DNA from: Mobula hypostoma
Taxonomy: Eukaryota
DNA: 64,000 bases
Reading direction: 5' to 3'
Assembly: GCF_963921235.1 (NCBI RefSeq)
Contig: NC_086097.1
Coordinates: 2,170,001-2,234,000, forward strand
Positions within the stretch are counted from its first letter, which is position 1. Every line of letters starts with the position of its first letter. A program made the position numbers and the translations under genes. The notes beneath the pieces are model-generated. The model was not told where the DNA came from and ran no database searches. It saw only the letters and a program-made list of their open reading frames with translations. Below are positions 50,411 through 62,349 of the stretch, one piece after another.

Positions 50411-50849
50411 TTATTATTTTAGTATTAGTTTTGGACTAGACCATCACAGCTTCTTTGTTCTTTGTCCTTTTCTTTGTTTATTGTTTGTAACACTTAAGAA
50501 ACAGCAGTAAGCAACAAGCTTTTTTTTTTACTCATTTATGATTTCTGAAGCAGCTCTGGATCACAAAATCACTTGGATCCAACGCTCACTTATAACAGAT
50601 AGTCCCACCTCCAAACTAATGGATACCACTAGGTTTGTTCATTCTTTCATACACAAATCTCACCTTGGAAGAAATAAATTCAATACTTTCATATAAGCGG
50701 ATGATACAAACATTATCAAGATTCATTTGAATATAATTAGTCACTTTCAACTTGAAAATGGTGCATTCAATAGAATGGGATTTCGTCCAAATAAATAGTT
50801 TTTCACAGTGGTTGACTGACGATATACAAAGCCTTGTTTTATTGCTTAC

Positions 50850-50890
50850 CTCATGAGAGTTGGTACCATGTGCCACTCTGGTTTTGCAAA
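50850..50890 (-). CDS. ITPK1: ITPK1 coding exon (41 nt)
   Basis: Acceptor tttctAG, donor GTAAGC. Translates (I)CKTRVAHGTNSHE, identical to the recalled vertebrate motif. Phase fits both neighbouring exons. Confidence 0.96.
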
Positions 50891-51632
50891 CTAGAAAGAG
50901 AAAGAAGATCATTAAAATGTATGTAGTGATCACAAGAACACCCTTCAAAGTTCAAAGTCAATTTATTATTAGAAGGACATATATGTCATCATATACAACC
51001 CTGGTATTCATTCATGGTAAATACAAAGAAACACAATAGGATCCATGAAAACCGGCACACAAGATGGACAAACAACCAGCGTGCAAAAGACAACAAACTG
51101 TAAATACGAAAAGAAAAAGAAACAAAGCAATAATAACAATAAATAATAAATATTAAGAGCTCGTGGGATTTGTTCAGTGATGGGGTGAGGGAAGTTTAGT
51201 GAAGTTATCCCCTCTGGTCCAAGAGCCTGATGGTTGAGGGGTGATAACTGTTCCTGAACCTGGTGGGTGAGTCCTGAGGCCACTGTACCTGCTTCCAGAT
51301 GGCAGCAGCAAGAATAGAGTATGGCCTGGATGGTGGGGGACCTTGGCAACCTTTCCCAATTTTCCCATGTGGAGTCGTCTACCCTAGAAATGGTAGTGGT
51401 GTTTAGTACAGTACCTATGAGCAAATTTTGGTCCAATGTTGCTTGGCCAAGAAGAGATAGACTGCAAGACCATGCAAGTAAAAATATCTGAAGGAGCCCT
51501 CCACTTCCCTACCCAATCAACCCAGGGCTTTCTGCTCTCTCAAGTTTTCCAAAAGGTAGGGAATGAATCTCTGAAGGAACAGAGCTGCCTAGTTATAACC
51601 AAAACCACAAAGACCGTAAAACCAAAAGACAT

Positions 51633-52040
51633 ACATTCAATGGCCACCTGTACACCAGCTTGTTAATACAAATATTTAATCAGCCAATCATATGACAGCA
51701 ACTCAATGCATAAAAGCATGAAGATATGGTCAAGAGGTTCAGTTCTTCAGACCAAACATCAGCACAGGAAAGAAATGTGATCTAAGTGACTTCGACTATG
51801 GAATGATTGTTGGTGCCAGACAGGATGGTTTGAGTATCTCAAAAACTGCTGACCTTTTGGGATATTCACACAGAACAGTCTCTAGAGTTTACAGAGAATG
51901 GTGTGAAAAACAAAAAAATCCAGGGAACAATTTTGAGAGTAAAAATGCATTATTAACGAGAGAGATTAGAGGAGAATAGCTAGACAGGTTCTAGCTGACA
52001 CAAATAACCACGCATTGTAACAGAGGTGTGCAGAAGAGCA
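51633..52040 (+). mobile_element. Tc1/mariner remnant (left end and N-terminal HTH region of the transposase)
   Basis: From 51767 translates GKKCDLSDFDYGMIVGARQDGLSISKTADLLGYSHRTVSRVYREWCEKQK, the typical N-terminus of fish Tc1 transposases. No start codon at the expected position; truncated at a CR1. Confidence 0.85.
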
Positions 52041-52044
52041 CGCG

Positions 52045-52710
52045 ATATGAAGATAGGTGGAGGGGAAGTTAGTTTTGAGGAAGTAGAGAGACTAACAAAA
52101 GGACTTTGACGGATTTGGAGAATGGGCAAAGAAGTGGCATTTGCTGTACAGTGGCAGGAAGTGTATGGCCATGCATTTTAGTAGAAGCAATCCTTATCTT
52201 ATAAAGGATGTGCTGAAACTGGAGAGGGTTCAAAGAAGGTTCACGAAAATCATTCCAGGATTGAACAGATTGTCAGATGAAGAGCGTTTGATGGCTCTGG
52301 GCCTGTATTCACTAGAATTCAGAAGAATAAGGGGTGACCTCATTGAAACCTGTTGAATGGTGAAAGGTGTTGATAGAGTGAATGGGGAGAGAATGTTTCC
52401 TATAGTGGGAGTGTCTAAGACTAGAGGACACAGACTTCAAGCGTCCTTTTAGAATGGAGATGAGGAATTTCTTTGGCCGGAGAGTGGTGAGTCTGTGGAA
52501 TTCATTGCCACAGGCAGCCGTGGAGGCCAAGTCTTTATGTATATTAAAGGCAGTGGTTAATAGATTCTTGATTGGTCAGAGTATGAAGGGATATGGGGCG
52601 GAAGGTAGAAGATTGGGCCTGAGAGAAAAAATGAATCAGACATGATGAAATGGTGGAGCAGACTTGCTGGGCCAGATGGCCTAATTCTGCTCCCCAATCT
52701 TATGGTCTAT
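52045..52710 (+). mobile_element. CR1-clade LINE fragment (further pieces at about 82-270 +, 4803-5055 -, 7065-7525 +, 17235-17480 -, 20215-20516 +, 29200-29790 -, 37795-38215 +, 53465-53870 -, 61310-61650 -)
   Basis: LERVQRRFTKIIPG...LGLYSLEFRRIRGDLIE and RNFF..RVV.LWNSLP motifs, and the shared 3' UTR GATGG(G)CCAAATGGCCTAATTCTGCTCC. Confidence 0.88.
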
Positions 52711-53873
52711 GGTGTATAGTAAAATGGGACTCTGATGGTTTCACAGTGAATCAGGGGACAGGTTGCGACTGGCAAAGAACAATCAATAGTCATTGTGTAT
52801 AGTAAACCAAAGCTAGCTGCTTGCTCTGCAGAACCTACTCTCTCATTGGCATAATGGGGGCTGCTCAACGAGATGGCTATGGATCAAGAGGTGTGATCAG
52901 TGGACCAGTGCTGCTGGGACAGAAGCCAGGGCCTAATCAATCCTGGCTGGGTCGCCTGGGTGAGGTTGTTTGATATTGAAAAGACTAGATGACCCCAGCT
53001 TACATCACGAATGACATGTCCCAGTGTATCCCAGGATGCATCTCAGCATCACATTTAAAATATCCGTACATTGAGTCTTGGTGTGCTGTTACAGCTCTGG
53101 TATGGCCTGGGCACACCTCAAAGTTCAAAGCAAATTTATTATTAAAGTACATATATGTCACCATATACAACTCCGACATTTATTTTCTTGTCGACATTTG
53201 CAATAAATACAAGAAACACAATACAGTCAATGAAAAACCATGCCTAACAGAATGGACAAACTGTGCAAATACAAAAAGAAAGAAAAAAATAAAAATAATA
53301 AAAAAGTAAGCAATAAATATTGAGATCATAAGATGACGAGTCTTTGAAAGTGATCTATAGATGTGGGATCAGTTTGGTTTTGGGGTGAGTGACTGGTTTG
53401 AGAGCCTGATGGTTGAGGGGTGATAACTGTTCCTGAACCTTTCTGCCTCTCATAGTCAAGTCATACACTACAGCATGGGAACAGGCCTCCTGGCCACACT
53501 ATTAACCTACCTCGTCACAGACCACAGCCCTCCATTCCCGTTTATCCATGTACCCATCTAAACTTCACTGAGATGTTGAAATCCAGCTTGCATGCACCAC
53601 TGTGCTGGCAACTCATTCCACACTCTCACGACCCTCTGAATGAAGAAAATCTCCCTCACGTTCCCCTTAAACATTTCACCCTTTACCCATAACGTCTTTC
53701 TTGTTCTAGTCTCAGCCAACCGCAGTGCAAAAAGACGGCTTACATTTTCCCTATCTATACCTCTCTCAATCTTATGTACCTCTGTCAAATCTCCTCTCAC
53801 TCTTCTACATTCTAGGGAATAAAGTCTGAACGTGTTCAACTTTTCCCTACAAGTCAGCTCTTCCAGTCCCCTG

Positions 53874-54058
53874 TAAACTGCATTTCCCGTCAGGAATCAA
53901 CGCAACACGCCTATCCCCGCAGTGTGGAAAGCTGGAACTAAACTGCATTTCCCGTCAGGAATCAACGCAACACGCCTATCCCCGCAGTGTGGAAAGCTGG
54001 AACTAAACTGCATTTCCCGTCAGGAATCAACGCAACACGCCTATCCCCGCAGTGTGGA
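53874..54058 (+). repeat. Perfect 65-bp tandem repeat, about 2.85 copies
   Basis: TAAACTGCATTTCCCGTCAGGAATCAACGCAACACGCCTATCCCCGCAGTGTGGAAAGCTGGAAC starting at 53874, 53939 and 54004. Confidence 0.97.
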
Positions 54059-54427
54059 GAAATAAGAAGAACAAAAATGACAGAGTCTGATCACCTTGTT
54101 TCAGATGAGGCAGGCGGTCGAGAGGTGGGCTGAGGGTTTGTGTTTGGGGTAGCTTAGCACAGTGATGTAAGTGTACATAATGAACTGCATCATCGTTTCC
54201 CCAAGACCAACTTATTTATATGTTTATTGGATAGTTTACTAAGTTGGATAATGAATCCTTACAGGCAGAATCACCTCATCTTTCAACATTAAAGTAACAG
54301 TACATACTCGCCCTGAATACAAAGAGTAAGAGTGTTGGAAGAAATGCTGGAATATTAAACAGCACATGGGAACATGGGACATTGGCAGTTGTCCCAGGGT
54401 TTTGATTTTTGCATCCCAATCACTTAC

Positions 54428-54526
54428 TCAATGGGAATGTCAGCTTGTGCTTCTTCAGCTCTGCCATCATGTCCTCACCACACTGGTTAGCGAGCTCCAT
54501 AAATGGAGGTGAACAAATACGGTCAT
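54428..54526 (-). CDS. ITPK1: ITPK1 coding exon (99 nt)
   Basis: Acceptor ttgttgcAG, donor GTAAGT. Translates (D)DRICSPPFMELANQCGEDMMAELKKHKLTFPL(I), versus recalled human DDRICSPPFMELTSLCGDDTMRLLEKNGLTFPFI. Confidence 0.95.
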
Positions 54527-55026
54527 CTGCAACAAGAGATGAATACAGCAAGAGTTAGCAAACGTTGTATAGAGCCTGCCCTTCAATAAACATAGACAGA
54601 GAATAGTACAGCACAGCAACACGCCCTCCAGATCACAATGTTGTGCTGAACCAAATAAATTAGTAATCAAATGGCAACTCATCTCTTCGAATGCCCATAT
54701 CTTTCCATTTTCCTCACATTCATGTGCCTATCTAATGTCTCTTAAAAGTCCCTATTATACCTGCCTCTACCACCACTCCAGGCAGCACATTACACCTCTT
54801 GTGCAGCCTTTCCAAAACCTCAACAACCTTCTTATAATGGGGTGACCATACTGTATGTAATACTCCAGATGTGGCCTAACTAGAGTTTTATTAAGCTCAG
54901 TATGGCGGCCCACTAGGTTAGTAGACAAGCATAACAATACAAGCAAGCATAAGAAATTTATATACAAGGAAAAATGACTATTATACAGTCGAATAGTTAC
55001 TCAAAACCACCACATATTATGTTCCA

Positions 55027-55300
55027 GCAACACACATCAAAGTTGCTGGTGAACGCAGCAGGCCAGGCAGCAGCTCTAGGAAGAGGTACAGTCGACGTTT
55101 CAGGCCGAGACCCTTCGTCAGGACTAGATGAAGGGTCTCGGCCTGAAACGTCGACTGTATTCAGTTAATCCTGACGAAGGGTCTCAGCCTGAAACATCGA
55201 CTGTACCTCTTCCTAGAGATGCTGCCTAGCCTGCTGCGTTCACCAGCAACTTTGATGTGTGTTGCTTGAATTTCCAGCATCTGCAGAATTCCTGCTGTTT
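55027..55300. mobile_element. Palindromic Penelope-derived insertion with three hammerhead-like motifs
   Basis: Inverted arms; 15-bp TSD ACATATTATGTTCCA (55012-55026, 55301-55315). One motif on - (55090-55125) and two in tandem on + (about 55127-55157 and 55167-55203). Confidence 0.88.
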
Positions 55301-55454
55301 ACATATTATGTTCCACTCAAAATGTTGACCTCAGGCAGGTGTGACTATAAAACTGAGAGTCAATAGAAAAAGATTGATCTGTAAAGGGAATAGCAAAGGC
55401 ACTTATATATCCTTAAAGTAAAATAATCATTTAAAAAATTAGAGAAGAATTGAG

Positions 55455-56485
55455 TGATCACCATTTCAATTCCACTTCCCATTCCCATTCCGACATGTCA
55501 ACCTACGGCCTTCTCTACTGCCACGATGAGGACACACTCAGCTCGGAGGAGTGACACCTTATATTCCGTCTGGGTAACCTCCAAGCTGATGGCTGAACAT
55601 ATAATAATTACAGCACGGAAACAGGCCATCTCAGCCCTTCTAGTCCGTGCCGAACGCTTACTCTCACCTAGTCCCACCGACCTGCACTCGGCCCATAACC
55701 CTCCATTCCTTTCCTGTCCATATACCTATCCAATTTTTCTTTAAATGACAATATCGAACCGGCCTCTACCACTTCTGCTGGAAGCTCGTTCCACACAGCT
55801 ACCACTCTCTGAGTAAAGAAGTTCCCCCTCATGTTACCCCTAAACTTTTGCCCTTTAACTCTCAACTCATGTCCTCTTGTTTGAATCTCCCCCACTCTCA
55901 ATGGAAAAAGCCTATCCACGTCAACTCTATCTATCCCCCTCATAATTTTAAATACCTCTATTAAGTCCCCTTCAACCTTCTACATTCCAAAGAATAAAGA
56001 CCTAACTTGTTCAACCTTTCTCTGTAACTTAGTTGAGGAAACCCAGGTAACATTCTGTTAACATCCAGTGAACATTGATTTATCAAACTTCCAGTATTTG
56101 CCCTCTCCTTGGCTATTCCCCATTCCCTTCTCTCACCTCATCTCCTTCCCTGCCCATCGCCTCCCTCTGGTGCTCCTCCTCCTTCCTTTTCTTCCATGGT
56201 CTTCTGTCCTCTAACATCAGATTCCCCCTTCTTCAGCCTTTCTTCTCTTTCACCAACCAATTTCTCTGCTCTTTACTTCACCCCCGCTCTCTCTCCCCCC
56301 CCAGTTTAACCTATCACCTACGACCTTGTACTACTTCCTCCCATTCCCCCCCTCCTTCTTACACTGATTTCTCATCTTCCTTTCCAGTCCTGATGAAAGG
56401 TCTCAGAACTGAAACATCCACTGTTTACCCTTTTCTATAGGTGCTGCCTGGCCTGCTGAGTTCCACCAACATTTGTGTGTGTTGG
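55455..56485 (+). mobile_element. Penelope-like 3' fragment interrupted by a CR1 fragment (55601-56068, - strand)
   Basis: Penelope sequence resumes after the CR1. TGAACAT is duplicated at 55594-55600 and 56069-56075. Confidence 0.8.
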
Positions 56486-57584
56486 TGAGGAAGTAATGTA
56501 CATTTAAACTTAAGCAATCTCCCTTATCAGGCCAGCTTTTTAGAACTACGCTCCTAAACATAGGAATTCAATACCTAAGGCTATAAGGAATGTACACTCA
56601 GCTGACACTTCTAAACACCAGCTCAAAACCTATTTATGTGTTTGTTATAGTCTGATATATAGTATGACATTGGCGATCATGGCCTTCCATGACCATGAGT
56701 ATTTTCAGCAAATTTTTCTACAGAAGTAGTTTTTCACGGTCTTCTCCTGGGCAGTGGTGACAAAACTAGGACTTGTGATATGCACTCAGCTGCTTCCATG
56801 GCTTGTGATATGCACCAGCTACTCAGAGCCCAGACAACCGTCCACCTCCTGCTCCCATGGCAATAGTTAGAGGAGGAGATAGTCCATACTTCTCCCATAC
56901 CAGTCCTTAGCATTCTATAACAATGCAAGTGACTTGAAGCCAATAAAAGGCATTCAGAAATGCACATTTATTGATGTCAAGCAGCCAGAGCTGGCTGGCA
57001 ACACCTGTCATTGCAACGTTACTTTTATATCAGTTTCTTGGCCTTTTCCTTTGGAGAGATTTTAAACCACTCAGTGAGTGAAATCCTGCACTTCAAGTGG
57101 AAACCTGTCAGCGTCCAAATAAGCTATCATGAGGAATCTTAGAACGGGGCCAAAAACTTGAACATACAATCTGTGGTTAGAACAAACACTGCCCTTTATG
57201 ACAATACAAGTCCAGAATGTGCTGTGACTGTATCCATCTCCATAGTGATTTACTGCACACTCTGAAACTCCTACATAACATTAGCACATGAAAGAATCTT
57301 GGCAAATGAAGGGAAGTGCCAGAAGACTACGGAGCAGTCAGTAGTTGAAAAGAGACAGACTGGGATGCACATATTCCAGTGGCATTGGAAATGACATGCA
57401 CGTTTCGACAGGATCAGATCCTGGCTTCACTTTCCATCAACAATACAAGTGCTATCTTCTTATCTGCGACCTTAATTTAAACAGAATATTTAATCATGGT
57501 GAACTGCAAGACCCAAGTTCCAGAGAAAGACTGCAGTCCCAATGGCTGTGGAAGCCTCACTTTCCCTACTGTCTCCCCACTCCT

Positions 57585-58216
57585 TAGCAAGAGGATTCGA
57601 GTACAGGAGCAGGGAGGTACTACTGCAGTTGTACAAGGCCTTGGTGAGACCACACCTGGAGTATTGTGTGCAGTTTTGGTCCCCTAATCTGAGGAAAGAC
57701 ATCCTTGCCATAGAGGGAGTACAAAGAAGGTTCACCAGATTGATTCCTGGGATGGCAGGACTTTCATATGATGAAAGACTGGATCAACTCTAGGCTTATA
57801 CTTGTTGGAATTTAGAAGATTGAGGGGGGATCTGATTGAAACGTATAAAATCCTAAAGGGATTGGACAGGCTAGATGCAGGAAGATTGTTCCCGATGTTG
57901 GGGAAGTCCAGAACGAGGAGTCACAGTTTGAGGATAGAGGGGAAGCCTTTTAGGACTGAGATTAGGAAAAACTTCTTCACACAGAGAGTGGTGAATCTGT
58001 GGAATTCTCTGCCATAGGAAACAGTTGAGGCCAGTTCATTGGCTATATTTAAGAGGGAGTTAGATATGGCCCTTGTGGCTAAAGGGATCAGGGGGTATGG
58101 AGGGAAGGCTGGTACAGGGTTCTGAGTTGGATGATCAGCCATGATCATACTGAATGGTGGTGCAGTCTCGAAGGGCCGAATGGCCTACTCCTGCACCTAT
58201 TTTCTATGTTTCTATG
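57585..58216 (+). mobile_element. CR1-clade LINE 3' fragment, relatively intact
   Basis: RGFEYRSREVLLQLYKALVRPHLEYCVQFWSP; tail TTTCTATGTTTCTATG. Confidence 0.93.
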
Positions 58217-59121
58217 CATTACTCTTCCCACTACTTATTGAATGAATAACAACAGCATGAAATGATTTATTCATGTGCCAATGTCTATCTTTAACAGACT
58301 CATCTCATCTACTTCTCTCCTTCCTCCTTTCCGTGCCTTGCAGCATATCAGGCAGCAACCTTACCGCTTCCTTCGCAACTTTGTCCATTTTTTTCATAAG
58401 GCCGGGTTGCTAGATCGACACTCAATCCTGTACAGGTGGAAGTCATGCAATGAGCCGGCCGGATTGAGAAAAACAACTGAGAAGGTGAGGCGAAGAGTCC
58501 TTGAAAGGACACCCATAGTTGTGTTCATTTCAGTGTTGGGGTGAGTGAAGTTGCGGGGTAATAACCGTTCCTGAACCTGCTGGTGTGGGTCCTGAGGCTC
58601 CTGTACCTCCTTCCTGATGACAGCAGCAAGAAAAGAGCAAGCGCTGGATGGTGAGGGTCCCAAATCATTGATGGTGCTCTCTTGCGACTAGTCACTGCAC
58701 ATCTATAGAAGTTTGTCAAAGTTTCAGATGACATGCTTCTACACAAACTTCTAAGGAAGTAGAGATGCTGCCATGCTTTCTTTGTGATGACACTCACGTG
58801 CTGGGGCAGGCCAGCTCCTCTGAAATGATAGCCCCAAGCAATTTAATGTTGCTGATCCTCTCCACATCTGATCCTCTGATGTGGGCTGACTCCTGGACCT
58901 CTGCTTTCCTCCTACAGTGATCAATAATCAGCTCCTTGACTGAAGAAATCAGTCAATTTCTTCATACAGTAGTGGTCCCAAATAATTACAATTACTTATT
59001 TCTGATTGTAATGGCTAGCTGTGTGTGAATGTGTGTCTGCATCGACGTGACGGACTGCAGAAAGTTTCTGTCTTCAAAAGCGAGGCTTAAAGAGGGCTCT
59101 AACTAAAGCATTAAATATCAT

Positions 59122-59304
59122 CAAAGTTGCTGGTGAACGCAGCAGGCCAGGCAGCATCTCTAGGAAGAGGTACAGTCACGAAGGGTCTCGGCCCGAAACA
59201 TCGACTGTACCTCTTCCTAGAGATGCTGCCTGCCCTGCTGCGTTCACCAGCAACTTTGATGTGTGTTGCTTGAATTTCCAGCATCTGCAGAATTCCTGTT
59301 GTTT
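59122..59304. mobile_element. Palindromic Penelope-derived insertion
   Basis: Inverted arms; 14-bp TSD GCATTAAATATCAT (59108-59121, 59305-59318). Confidence 0.88.
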
Positions 59305-59464
59305 GCATTAAATATCATGAAAGAATTTCGGAAGATAAATAATGAAATACTGTTTCCTCAGGTTGATTAATCATTAAGACAACAGTGTGAGTGCAGGGAT
59401 ATGAAGGTTAAAGAAATAGTCTAAACGCAATCCCGATTCAGAACATTTTAGATAACAGGTAGGA

Positions 59465-59754
59465 TTAAAGATTAAAGTCTGTCACGAGCCTTGTGGCCCA
59501 TCAGGCCGGTGCTTATGCCGGTTTCCGTGGCGTGAAGCGACTGAGAGTACGAGACTCCCCCCTGGATAGGGCGCCAGTCTATCGCGAGGTTAACCCCCAG
59601 CATTTTTGCCGGTACCCATTCTCAGCTGGGTAGACTGGACATTGTGTGGTTAAGTGCCTTGCTCAAGGACACAAACGCTGCCTTGGCCAAGGCTTGAACC
59701 CACAACCTTCATATCACTAGTCCAATGCCCTAACCACTTGGCCACGCGCCACAC
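59465..59754 (-). mobile_element. Young full-length tRNA-derived SINE with 12-bp TSD
   Basis: Minus strand box A TGGCCAAGTGG, box B GGTTCAAGCC and (TCTTTAA)2 tail. TAACAGGTAGGA at 59453-59464 and 59755-59766. Confidence 0.9.
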
Positions 59755-60030
59755 TAACAGGTAGGACTTTTAACTAAATTGGCTCTATGTCTCACAGGAG
59801 CTGATCAAAATTGATGGAAGAGCTGACAGCATAAGTTGATAGCTCCATAATTCAATAGGCCAGCTCAGTGAACGACCACCTGACATTTTCAATATGATTT
59901 TACGGGTTGTTGCAGTGAGGATTCTTTTGATGACTGTTCCCAATTAAAATATGCCTTTAGCATTGAGAATAATTTAGCATGGAGGATTCTGATCAAGCTT
60001 TTACAAAGATCGGTGAATACTCAAAACCAA

Positions 60031-60658
60031 TGAAACACCCTGGTTTCCTTGGCTGCGTAAGTCCAGGGAAGACACTCGCAAGTCCCACCAAACTCGTGAG
60101 ATTGAGTCCCACACCAAATCCCAGTTTGTGTGGATGCTGTGTAATTTGTTACCGTTACTAATTGGTGCCACGAACTAACAGGCAGCACACTGCATACGAC
60201 TAAAAGAATTATATTTGTGAAGCTTAACATAACTAAAGGATTAATAAATAACAAAGAGAAAAGGGCCCATTCTAATTAAATAGACAAATGAGCACAAATT
60301 GGAGGTCATCTTGAACTTCTCTGTCACTCAGGAGCTGGGCCCTCGGTCAGCGTGAATGTCCACACCACCTTCCGAACGTCGCTCGCAATCCATCTTGAAC
60401 AAACGGGGCTCCCACCGGATCGTATGCTACGACCGGTTCTCCCCGGTGTCTTCTCTCTCTATCTCCTCTCGAACAAAAGCCCCAATTTAGTGTCCCTCAC
60501 CAGAGAAACTTCCCCTTAATTCGACCATCCTAACTGGATGGCACACATTTCTCCTCATCTCTCATCTTCAACAATAACCCAAACAAGTTGAAAACAGAAC
60601 AGACTGCTAAATGAAAAACATACAGCACAAGAGTAAAAATCTGAACCGGGGCATTACA
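60031..60658. mobile_element. Possible solo LTR
   Basis: TG...CA ends with imperfect inverted termini (TGAAACACCCTGG / CCGGGGCATTACA) and more CpG than the flanks. No clear TSD. Confidence 0.4.
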
Positions 60659-62349
60659 CGTGGTTGAAGACCAGCAGTGCTGCTTTCAGACATGGTGACA
60701 CCGATGAAGAGCCAAGCTTCAGTTAACCTGGTCACACTTTAACAATCTCAGCAGTGGCTGATATCAACTTTACATGTGGCAGGTTTCACATGAAAAACCT
60801 TCACACCAGGGGATTTGAAACACTGACAAGGAATTGGGAAAAGATTCATTTCACAAAAACGTGTCAGGTTTGATTTTTCTCTCAAAATCCTTTAAAAATT
60901 TGACTCTTCTGGTTTCATTCTTTATCCCAAATTTAACTACGACTTTATCATTTTTTGCCAGTCACCTTATGTACAGACAATCCAGTGCCTAGCGTCACTT
61001 TATGGACATACAATCAATGTGTATAAGCTGTCTGTATGCATTTATATTTATTAATGCTATGTTCTTTATCTTTTGTGTTTTTTTGCTGTGTTGGATCTGA
61101 AATAACAGTTATTTTGTTCTCTTTTACACTTGTGTACTGGAAATGACATTAAACAATCTTGAAACCCAAAACCGAACCCTTATATTTATCAAGAGTAACA
61201 CATACAAAATGTTGGAGGAACTCAGCAGGCCAGTCAGAATCTATGGAGAAGAATAAACAGTGAAGGTTTCGCTGAGACCCTCCATCAGTCCTCCCAAGTA
61301 GCTTTGCCCCTCAGATTTTTGAATTTGCTCTCCATTTAGAAAATAATCTACGTTTTTATTTCCTCTACCAAACTGCACGATCATACACTTCTCCATACTA
61401 TCTGCCATTTCTCCCAATCTGTCAAAGAATTCTGCAGACTCCCTGCTTCCTCAACACCACCCACTCCTCCACCCATCTTCATATTGTCCACAAAGCCATC
61501 AGTTCTTTCATCTTAATCAAAGGTATACAATATGAAGCAAAGCGATCCCAACACCAATTCCCGCGGCTGAGGAACATCACTGGTCACCAGCAGCCAACCA
61601 GAAAAGGCCCTTTTTATTCCCGCTCTTCGCCTCCTGCCAGTCAGCCATATCTCTGGAGGGAAATGGAGCCTTTATCCGGACTGAAATAGCAGAGTGGTAA
61701 CCAATACAAAGTGAAAATCTGAAATAAAAACAAGAGGCTGGGCAGTATCTGTGCACAGAGAAGCCCAGTTAACATGACAGGCTGATAATCTTCATCAGGA
61801 GTTGAAATGCAAGGAAACAGGTGCACTTTTAAGTTGCAGAGATGGAGGGAAGTCCATGATAGAGTGGAGAACACAGTTGTCCAGGTAACACAATAGTACT
61901 AGAACTGATTATGCAAAGGTGATGAACACAGAATAATCACAGCTGACCTGTCCCGTGTACTGCTCAACATTCAGGATTGCTTCAATACAAAGTGTAAAGG
62001 AAAACAAATTCATTGTTACTCTGGATCCAATACAGCACAAAAAACACAATAAATATCAATACACAAGATAGCTTATACAGATAGATTCATTGTATGTCCA
62101 TAAAGTGACAATAGGCCCAGGACTGTCTGTACGCCAGGTGACCGACAGGAAATAATAAAGTAGTGGTGGTGGGGCTGTGTTAAGATGGGTTCGTGGGTGG
62201 AGGTGTTGATCAGCCTTACTCCTAGGGGAAAGTAACTGTGTTTGAGTTGGGTGAACCCCAGACCGCACTTTGGCAAGTTGTACAATTCCTACTGCCTGCA
62301 TACGGATAGAGCCTAAAGAACTAAAGCAGAGATAAAGACAACCAGAGGT

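Noticed and set aside
53874..54058. Direct repeats as a possible CRISPR array
   Set aside because: Units are contiguous and identical with no unique spacers; no cas genes; eukaryotic context.
59680..59754. tRNA gene
   Set aside because: The A and B boxes belong to a SINE head: it continues into a SINE body and tail within a TSD, and there is no complete cloverleaf.
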